64,000 nucleotides of DNA, from positions 544,001 through 608,000 of the forward strand of contig CAVOFT010000001.1 of NCBI GenBank assembly GCA_963695095.1, given 5' to 3'. Below, piece after piece: positions 54,850 to 64,000 of this stretch. Position numbers and translations under genes: made by a program. The notes under the pieces are model-generated. The model was not told the DNA's origin. It made no database searches and saw only the letters and a list, made by a program, of their open reading frames with translations. The stretch's first letter is position 1. Every line of letters starts with the position of its first letter. This DNA comes from an uncultured bacterium. Lineage in GTDB: Bacteria; Krumholzibacteriota; Krumholzibacteriia; JACNKJ01.

Positions 54850-55007
54850 GGTATCTCCTTGCAATCGTCGTTGATTTCCTGCCAGGCCCGGTCATGGCCC
54901 GCAGCGATCAATCCGGGTACGAGTGCCCCAGGCCAAGGGGAGGCTGCCGCACGTTCGCGGGCTTGCGTCCCCTGTGGCCCAGGCAGCACCGTACGAAAGG
55001 AGAGCAC

Positions 55008-55023
55008 CGCAACTCCCGTGCCG
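55008..55023 (-). promoter_or_regulatory. sigma54 -24/-12 promoter
   Basis: Minus strand CGGCACGGGAGTTGCG = GGCACG-N4-TTGC. Confidence 0.75.
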
Positions 55024-55086
55024 CTCAGGTCACGCCGTTACGGTAGTCGATTCATCGGGTTAGCGGAGAGTGCTGCGCGCGCCCTC

Positions 55087-55139
55087 GATCAGAACGATGT
55101 GCTGCGCATCATCGCGATGGGCTGCACATCACCCTGAGG
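55087..55139. promoter_or_regulatory. Candidate activator-binding boxes (3 x 13 bp, 20-bp period)
   Basis: GATCA-GAA-CGATG (55087), CATCA-TCG-CGATG (55107), CATCA-CCC-TGAGG (55127). Confidence 0.65.
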
Positions 55140-55169
55140 CAGCGGTCTCCGCAGCGGGAGACTCGCCGA

Positions 55170-58100
55170 TCAGCCGAGCCGGATCCGCACCTGGTGCGTG
55201 GCGCCGTCATCGGCGAGCCGCAGCGCGGTGCCGCCCGCCGGCAGGGGCTTGCCGTCAAGTTCGATCGCCGCGATGCCCCGCGTCACGCCGCGCGGATTCT
55301 CCACCGTCACTTCGTAGCGCGAGGCGCCGTGGCGAAAGCTCAGCTCGAAGCCGGGCCAGTGGCGCGGGATGCAGGGATCGAAGTGGAGGTAGGGCGCGCG
55401 GACACGGAAGCCGAGCAGCCACTCGATCCCGGCGCGGTACATCCACCCCGCGGCGCCCGTGTACCAGGTCCAGCCGCCGCGGCCCACCTGCGTGAGCTCG
55501 GCGTAGACGTCGGCAGCCACCGCATAGGGCTCCACCTTGTAGCGGTCTATTGCCGCCGGGTCCTTCGTCTTGAGGATCGGATTCAGCATGGAGAGCAGTT
55601 CGTGCGCCTTGTCGCCCTCGCCGAGGATGGCGAAGGCGATCGCGGTCCAGATCGCGGCATGGGTGTACTGGCCGCCGTTCTCGCGGATGCCAGGGGGATA
55701 GGCCTTGATGTAGCCGGGATCCTTGGCCGGATCGACGAATGGCGGCGTGAACAGGAGGACGAGCCCCTCCTCGCGCCGGACGAGCTGCGCATCGGCCGCG
55801 GCCATGGCCTTCGCCGCGCGCGCCGGGTCGGCCGCGCCCGAGATCACCGCCCAGGACTGGGCGATCGAGTCGATCCGGCACTCCGCATTCGTCGCGGCGC
55901 CGAGCGGGCTGCCGTCGTCGAAGTAGGCGCGCCGGTACCACTGCCCGTCCCAGCCATGCTCGGCCAGGGCGCCGGCGAGCGCGCGGGCATGCGCGCGCCA
56001 GGTGGCGGCGCGGCGCTCATCGCCGCGCGCCGCCGCCAGCGGCGCAAAGCGGCTGAGCGCGCAGTGGAGAAGCCAGGCCAGCCAGACACTCTCGCCGCGC
56101 CCGGCCGGGCCGATCGCGTTCATGCCGTCGTTCCAGTCGCCGGCGCCGATCAGGGGCAGGCCGTGCGCACCGACCGCGAGGCTCAGGTCCAGCGCGCGGG
56201 CGCAGTGCTCGTAGAGCGTGGCTTGCTCCGTCGACTCGCGCGGCTCGAAGTAGGACTCCTGCTGCCCGGCCGCGAGGAGAGGGCCGTCGAGGAAGGGCAG
56301 TAGCTCGTCCAGGATGGCGCGATCGCCCGTCGTCTCCAGGTAGTGATCCACGGCGTAGGCCAGCCACACGGGATCGTCGGCGATGCGCGTGCGGGTGCCC
56401 CGCCCGGAGGGGGCGTGCCACCAGTGCTGGACGTCGCCCGGCAGGAACTGGCGGGAGGCGGCGAGGAGCAGATGCGCGCGCGTGATCTGAGGCGCCGCGA
56501 CGGCCAGGGCCATGGCGTCCTGGAGCTGGTCGCGGAAGCCGAAGGCGCCCCCGGCCTGATAGGTGGCGGCGCGCGCCCAGACCCGGCAGGCCAGGGTCTG
56601 GTAGAGCAGCCAGCGGTTGAGCAGGATGTCCAGCGCGCGGTCGGGGGTGCGCACCTGGACCGCGCCCAGGATCTCCTCCCAGCGCTCCGCGACGGCGCGC
56701 AGGCTGGCGTCGAGGTCGGCCCGGCGGTAGCGAGCGACCAGGGCCGCCGCGGCCTCGGCATCGGCCGCATCGCCGAGCAGGAAGACGATCTCGGCGCGCG
56801 CGCCTGGCGCCAGCTCGACCACGGCCTGCAGCGCGCCGCAGGGGTCCAGGTCGGCGCCCAAGCGCCCCGACAGCCGCACGCCGCGCGCGAGGCCGGCCGG
56901 CCGGCCGAGATCGCCGTGGCGCCCGAGGAACTCGGTGCGATCGCCGGTCCAGGCCGTCTGGGCACCGCAGAGATCGGCGAAAGCCACGCGGCCCCCGAAG
57001 TCGCGGTTCCAGGCGTTGCGCGCGAGCAGCGCGCCAGTGAGCGGATCCAGGCCCGTGACGATGTAGGGCGCGGAGCCGCTGCGCGAGACGCCAAGCACCC
57101 ATTCGACGTAGGCGGTCACGGACAGCCGCCGCCGGCGGCGTGATGCGTTCACGAGGCTGAGCCGGCTCACCTTGATGGGATCATCGCCGGGGACGAACTG
57201 CAGCAGCTCCAGCGCGATGCCATGGGAGCTATGCTCGAAGCGGCTGTAGCCCTGGCCATGGCGAGCGATGTAGGGCTCGCCGGTCTCCCGAATCGGCAAC
57301 GCCGTCGGGCTCCATAGCTCGCCGGTGTCCTCGTCGCGGACGTAGATGGCCTCGCCGGGCGGATCGCTCACCGGATCGTTCCCCCAGGGGGTGAGCTTGT
57401 TCTCGCGGCTGTTGCCGGACCAGGTGTAGCCGGAGCCCGACTCGGAGACCAGGCAGCCGAAGACCGGATTCGCGATCACGTTGATCCAGGGAGCCGGCGT
57501 CTGCTCGCTGCCGGCGAGGATCGTCACGTACTCCCGACCTTCCGCAGCGAAGCCGCCCAGACCATTGGCGAACTCGAGCGCCGGCTGCGGCCGCGCTGCC
57601 GTGGGGGATGGCTTCGCTGCCACCCGCCGCCGGGGTGGCACGAAGCGGGCGGCGTCAGCGCCGGGCGAGCGTGCGATCTGCTCGGACAGGGTCCCCCGGC
57701 GATTCGACAGCACCGCGCGCGCCGCGGCGTGGAGCGCGTCCCGCTGGTCGGCCGGCAGCCGGCCGGCCTGCACGATGAACACGTTGCCCTCGAGTGCCCT
57801 TCCCTCGCCAGAGCGACGCGACTGGCTCGTCCGCACGAGCGTCTCCAGCAGGAGCTGCAGGTCCTGGGCATAGGAGGGCGCCCGGTCGTTGAGGATCACG
57901 AGATCGACGGCCAGCTGCTTCAGGTGCCAGTACTCGTGGGCGCGGAGCAGCTGGCGCACGATGCCCAGGTCCTCGGGTTCGTCGATCTGAACGACCACGA
58001 TCGGCAGGTCGCCCGAGATGCCCTGGGCCCAAAGGGCGGCCGGCCCCGCCGCGGGCCGCGCCAGCAGGTCGGCCGTCAGGCGCGGCGGCCGCTCCGCATA

Positions 58101-61100
58101 GAGAATCCGCCGCGCGAGGCTCTGGAAGTTGTGGGCCTCGTCGAGCCCGATGCCGGCGTGCTGCAGCTGCACCTGGGCCTGCGTCCAGGCGCGGGTGGCG
58201 GCGCGGTCGAAGGTCGCCGGGGCCCGGTACTTCTCGGCGAGGTCGAGAGCCTCCTCGCGCGAGGTCGCCACCAGCGTCGTGAAGGTTATCCGCGCCGTTG
58301 CACCCGGGCGAAGCCGGACCCGGAGGCGCAGGCTCACGATCGCGTCGAGCACCGCACCCACGGTGCCGGACAGGGGCTGGCCAGCGGTCATCGCCAAGGG
58401 CGCGCGGCTCGTACGGCCGCGGCCCAGGAAGCGCGCGCGGTCGGTTTCCCACTGCAGCTCGCCTACCCGTTGGCCTTCCATCGCCGCCGTGTGGGCCAGC
58501 CACACCTGCTGCTCGCCCGTCCCGCGCGGCCGCCGCGTCGCGAGCAGGGTGTCCAGCTCCGGCACGCACTCCGTGCTGACGAAGAGCTTGGCGAAGGCCG
58601 GATGGGCGGCGTCGGCCGCCGGCGGGGCCAGCACGACCTCGGCATAGGAGGTCACTTCGATCTCACGCGTGCGCGGTCCGATGTTCGTGAGCGACACCCG
58701 GCGCAATTCGGCATCGTCCTCCGGCGACACGATGACGTCGAGCGCCGTGGTGATCCAGCCGTCGCGCCGGGCGATCCGCGCCCGATCCTCGGCGAAGACG
58801 ACCTCGTAGCTCTCCGGCTCGGCGCCGCTGGGCTGGTAGCCGACCGTCCAGCTCTGGCCGCTGCGCAAGTCGCTCAGGTAGATGGGCATGCCCGCTTCAT
58901 CGCGCGTGACGTCCTCGTGCCAGCGGGTGACTGCGATGTCACGCCACCGGCTGTAGCCAGAGCCCGCGGCCGTCAGCATCACCGCGTAGCGCCCGTTGGA
59001 CATCAGGTGCGTGCGGACGGGCCCGTGGGGGGTCACGAATCGCCGCACGATGGGCGCCACGAACTCATGCACATCGGCGAGCGCCATTAGCTCCTCCGGG
59101 CGCGGCTCGGCCACCGCGACGTCGCGCGGGGTCCGTTCCTGGAGGAGCAGCTCGGCCGCCTGCATGGTCGGCTCGGCGTGGAAGCGCGCCCGCATCGCAC
59201 CTGCGTGCAGGACATTGGCGATGGCGACGAGCAGCATGCCCTGGTGGTGGGCCATGTAGGCGCGGACGACTGCAACGCGCCTGCCCGCGGGCAGGCGGGA
59301 GCCGGTGTAGTCGAGGGCTTCATAGAAGCCATAGGTGCCGAGGGCGCCCGCCTCGCGGAGCCGCCGGAAGTTGCGCGTGGCTGCTGTGGGATCGACCATG
59401 GCCGCCAGACCGGTGGCATAAGAGGCGACGACCATGTCCTCGCTGAGCCCGCGCCGCAGGCCCAAACCGGGTACCCCGAAGTTCGAGTACTGGTAGGTCT
59501 GCTCGAGATCGCGCGCGTTGTAGCTCGACTCCGAGACCCCCCAGGGCACGCCGCGCTCGACGCCGTAATCGATCTGCCGGCGCACGACGAGGCGCCCGGT
59601 CTGATCGAGCAGGCTGCCCACCGGCGTGCGCATCACGAGTTCCGGCATCAGGTACTCGAACATCGAGCCCGACCAGGAGACGAGAACGGCGTTCTGCGCG
59701 ACGGGCGCAAGCGACCGGCCCAGCCGGAACCAGTGTGCGGTCGGCACCTCGCCCTTCGCGATGGCGACGAAGCTCAGCAGGCGGGCTTCGGAGGCGAGGA
59801 GATCGTAGCGCCCGGCATCGAGGCTCGCGTCCGCCACCCGGTAGCCGATGGCGAAGAGCTTGCGCACGGGGTCGAAGAGGAAGGCGAAGTCCATGTCCGC
59901 CACCAGCGCCTGCGCGGTCCGAGCGAGGGCGGCAAGGCGCGGATCCAGCGCGGCGGTCTCCGTAGCGTCAAGGTCCTGCTGATGGCTGGCGAGGGTCGCC
60001 TCCAGGGCCTCGGCCCAGGCGATGACGTCGGCTGCCGGGCCGGCGTCGCCGTCCGCGCTCAGGCTGTGCGCCGCCGCCGTCACGCTGCGCGCGTGGAGCG
60101 GCGAGCTCCGCGAGGAGCCGGGACCAGGCTTCCCGGGTGCGCGCGCCGCCCGCCGCCGCCGTGGCGATGGCCGCTAGCGCGCTGTCAAGGCGGCGACGGC
60201 TCGCTCCCTGCGCGCCGGTGCCTCCCGGGAGGCCGTGGACCGAGTCGCGGACGAGTTGCGCAGTGTCTGCGATGCCGGTCAGGGCCGCCGCGATTTGAGG
60301 CCGCTGCCCCATCATCTGCAGGCATGCCTGCTGGACGGCGATGAGATGACCCGCGAGATTGCCGCTATCCACCGCCGACACGTAGCGCGGCTCGAGCGGC
60401 CGGCAGTCGGCCGTGTCGTACCAGTTCAGGAAGTGGCCGCGGAAGCGCTCGAGCTTGCCCATCGTCGCGAAGGTGGCTTCGAGCCGCGCGACGAGCTCGC
60501 CGCGTCCGATCCAGCCGAAATCCCGAGCAGCCACCGCGGACAGCAGATAGAGCCCCAGGTTCGTGGGCGAGGTCCGGTGGGCAACGACCGGGTGCGGATC
60601 CTCCTGGAAGTTGTCGGGAGGCAAGTGGTTGTCGCCGGAACCGACAAAGGTGGTGAAGAATCGCCAGGTCCGGCGGGCGATCAGCTGGAGTGCCAGCGCA
60701 TCCGCCGCGGACAAGGGGCGGGTGCGCGTGGCGGGCGAGGGCAGGCTCATCGCGCGTGCCGCGATCGGCGCGGCCGCCCAGAGCAGCAAGAAGGGCAGGG
60801 CGACAGGCCAGGCCGCCCACCTGCCCACGGCGAGGGCAATGGCGGCGACGAGGGCGAGGGCGGCGCCCCCGCTCATGCGCTGGTAGAAGCCGCGGAGATC
60901 GAGGCGCAGGCCCGCCTTCGCCTGGGCGGCGGTCACCCACTCCAGGAGATGGCGATGGGTCAGGTACACGCGAACGAGGGAGCGCAGCATCGCATCGGCC
61001 ATCAGCCAGGCCTGGTGCGCGAGCATCGTGATCGTGACCGCCGTCTGCGCGAGAGCAAGCCGCAGGTCTCTTCCCGCAGCGAGCGCATGGCTGCGCTTCG

Positions 61101-63699
61101 AGACGCCGGCCCGGCTGGGGAGCAGTCCGGCGAGACTCGGCAGGAGCGTGGGCAGGGCGATCGTCGCGACGACGAAGGTCGCCCAGGCCAGCGGCGAGGC
61201 GGCCGGCAGCGCCCAGCTCAGCGCGAGGACCAGGAAGCCGGCGGGCGCGGACAGGCTGCGCCGCAGGTTGTCCATCATCTTCCAGCGGCCGATGGCGGGC
61301 ACCCGGCCGCCGAGGATCCAGGGCAGCAACTGCCAGTCGCCGCGGGCCCAGCGATGTTGCCGGGCCGCCGCGACCCCGTAGTGCGCCGGCGCGCTCTCGA
61401 ACAGCTCGACATCGGTGACGAGTCCGGCCCGGGCGAAGAGACCCTCGAAGAGATCGTGGCTCAGGAGCGCGTTCTCAGGCACGCGCCCCGCCAGGGCCGC
61501 TTCGAAGGCGTCGACGTCGTAGATGCCCTTGCCCGTGTAGGAGCCCTCGCCGAAGAGGTCCTGGTAGACGTCGGACACGGCCGCGGCATAGGGGTCGATG
61601 CCGGAGGGGCCCGACGACAGGCGCTGGAAGAACGAGCTCTCGCTGCTCGGCAAGGGCGGCGTGACGCGCGGCTGCAGGACGGCGTAGCCCTCGACCACGC
61701 GACCGGACTTGGCATCGAGCCGCGGGTGATTGAGGCGATGCGCCATCGTGCCCACCAGGCGCTTGACCGCGCCCCGCGGCAGGCGGGTGTCGGCATCCAG
61801 CGTGATGACGTAGCGCACCCCGGTCGGCGCCGCGCGGCGGGCGATCGGCCGCGGGCAGGAACGAGGTGTCGGTCGCTCCGCGCAGCAGGCGGTTCAGCTC
61901 GTGGAGCTTGCCCCGCTTGCGCTCCCAGCCCATCCAGATCCGCTCGCGATCGTTCCAGCGCCGCCGCCGGTGGAAGAGGAGGAAGCGCTCGTCCCCGGCG
62001 TCCGGCATGGGGTGGCGCTGGTTGAGGCGCGCGATCCCCGCCCGGGCCATGGCCAGGATGTCCTCGTCGCCGGGCAGGGTCTCCGCGGGCGCGTCCGTCC
62101 AGTCGGAGAGGAGGGCGAAGCGGATGTCGCCGTCCGCGTTCGCGAGGTAGTGCACCTCGAGCCGCTCGATCTGCTCCTCGAGCTCGGCGGGGCTGGTCAG
62201 CAGGGTGGGCACGACGACCAGGGTGCGCAGGGACGGCGGCACCCCGTCGCGCAGCTCGAGGCGCGGCAGGGCGACCGGCGTGAGCGCCGCCGTGATGCCG
62301 CGGTTCAGCAGGGCGATCGCCAGATCCGAGGCCGGAAAGACAGCTGCCAGGCCGAGCAGGACCAGGGTCACGACGCCCGCGCCGGCGGTCCAGGCGGCAA
62401 GGAGGGGCGGCGCGAGAAGCACCAGCGTCAGGAGGGCACTGGCGCCCAGATAGCCGGGCGTCGCGCCCGCGAGATAGGCGCGCAGCAGCTTGCGCGCCAG
62501 CGGCTCGCGAAATCCGAGGGCCTGCTCGAGGGCGCGGCGGCCGTCGCCGATGAGGTGATAGCCGGGGTCGCCTCGGCGGTCATCCTCGCTCGAGCTCGCC
62601 GCCGCCAGCGCGATCACGCTCGCTGGGCCACGTCGAGCTCCGTCGCGCCGCGCGCCTCGCGCGAGCTGCTCGATGGCGTGGCGGTAGCTGTCGCGGGTGG
62701 CGAAGTCCATCGCCGCATAGCCGACGTCCGCCTGCAGCACGGCGTCGACCAGGCTGACGCTCTCGAAGAACTCCTTCCAGTCGAGCGCGGACATGAGGCC
62801 CATGCTCGTGATCACGTTGCGGACGGTGACGTTCATCGCGGCCTGCCGCTGGTGCTCGACGCGGACGATGTCGTCGGGCGTCGTGCCCTGGGCGGCCAGC
62901 CGCTCGGTCCAGCCAGACGCAGGGCAGGCGTCACGCCGGATCCTGATCGCGGAGGCGCTGGACGAGCTGCACGGCGAAGGCGGTCTTCAGCGGCGCCTCC
63001 TCGAAGTCTGGAGCGCCCACGCCGCGCTCTGTCGGGAGCGGCCGCCGAGGCCCGAGCAGCTCGTCCGCCAGGGCGTCGGCGTCCTGCCGTGCCGCGCGGC
63101 TCCGCGCACGATGCTCTCCGTGAGGCGCCGGAGATTCTCGACGAGCACGATGCGCAGGCTGATGGCGATCGCCCACAGCTCGCCGATGGTCAGCGGCTGC
63201 ACGCGTTGGTAGGCCTGCACGAAGCGGCGGAGAGTGTCCGGCTCGATCCGGCTGTCGGTGTGCGCGACGAAGGCCCAGGCGATGCCGTAGACCTGCGGAT
63301 AGCCGAGCGAGCGGGCCCGCGGCCAGCTTGGGCAGCTCGCGGTAGAAGCCAGGGGGCAGGTCCGTCGCGGATCTCGCGCAGCTGTTCGTCGACGAGGTGG
63401 AAGTTGTCGACGAACCACTCCGCCGCCGGCGTGATCGCGCGTTCCTCGCGGATGGCCTTGGCGATTGCGCGATACCCCTCGCGCAACACGCGGCCGTTCG
63501 CCTCGACGCGCGGCAGCAGCGAGCGCCCCTTGCGCGGCGCCGCGAAGACGGGCTGCGCGGTGGCAAGGCTCTCGGCGTGCTGCTCGAAGCGCTCGCTACC
63601 GAAGAGCTCCGCCCGGATCGGCGCTTCCAGCTGCTTGGCGGCAAAGGCCAGGGAATGGGAAGGGCTGGGTAGCCTGCGCAAGCCGTCCCGCCAGGCCAC
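55170..63699 (-). CDS. ndvB: Cyclic beta-1,2-glucan synthase (GT84 + glucoamylase-like + GH94), ~2800 aa, several frameshifts
   Basis: PIRAELFGSERFEQHA, WMGWERKRGKL, VITLDADT, LSHDLFEG, RQHRWARGDWQ, PPDNFQE, YDLLASEARL, SWSGSMFEY, GFRDQLQD, GDWNDG, RENGGQYTH, TWYTG; start codon uncertain. Confidence 0.93.
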
Positions 63700-63921
63700 T
63701 ACCCGGCCGCGGTCGCGTTGCGAGCGGCATCGTCAGACGCGTGGCCTGAACAACTGCCCCGCGCGGACGGACCGTGCATCACTTCCTCCATGCCCGGGTT
63801 GTTGCGGCGCGTGACTCCTCGGGGATTCGCGAAGGCGGGAATGTCCGACGGCGCGGAGTATGGGCGAATCGGAGGTGCGACACAAGCACTCGCACCAGAC
63901 GGCGTGTCTCACTTGAATCCA

Positions 63922-63954
63922 CATCATTGTGATGGAGGCGGCCTCACTCTGATC
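63922..63954. promoter_or_regulatory. Candidate activator-binding boxes (2 x 13 bp, 20-bp period)
   Basis: CATCA-TTG-TGATG (63922, perfect palindrome arms) and CCTCA-CTC-TGATC (63942). Confidence 0.65.
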
Positions 63955-64000
63955 GCTTGGCCGCAGGAGCCGCGCGAGACAAGTCGCTGGCCAGTAAGCG

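Noticed and set aside
53788..54864. Single 358-aa ORF fusing the OM barrel to downstream sequence
   Set aside because: An extra G near 54205 hides the barrel's FSF-TAG end; the DUF4398 gene has its own RBS

Overview
High-GC bacterial chromosome segment. C-terminal FlgD-Ig/T9SS-like tails (PNPFNPKT) suggest, by inference, an FCB-associated candidate phylum such as Krumholzibacteriota, Latescibacterota or Eisenbacteria. (1) 1-27.4 kb is mostly core: a membrane-anchored anti-sigma-like protein and an exported TPR-CHAT protease, mfd, three PPIase/SurA-type chaperones, an S4 protein, a CPA2 antiporter with an RGG tail, DUF4097, a V4R-like protein, holB-tatD-rsmA, a beta-barrel with two lipoproteins, a divergent polysaccharide deacetylase and secD-secF. 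(2) A large NtrY-like histidine kinase (27.5-31.8 kb) has its last ~80 bp repeated 12.5 kb downstream. Between the copies lie two giant exported multi-domain proteins sharing a dockerin-like/cohesin-like/FlgD-Ig tail. (3) 44.4-64 kb is an envelope/osmotic stress island: a XylR/V4R sigma54 activator, small stress proteins, OMPs, Hsp20-DnaJ, DUF4398-OmpA and cyclic beta-1,2-glucan synthase. I found two clear sigma54 promoters and a recurring 13-bp palindromic box (CATCA-N3-TGATG) in 20-bp-phased arrays at three loci; this candidate regulon is the strongest novel-system signal. Genes after ~27.5 kb carry many single-base frameshifts, most likely long-read errors. All family calls are from motif recognition by eye, not database searches.
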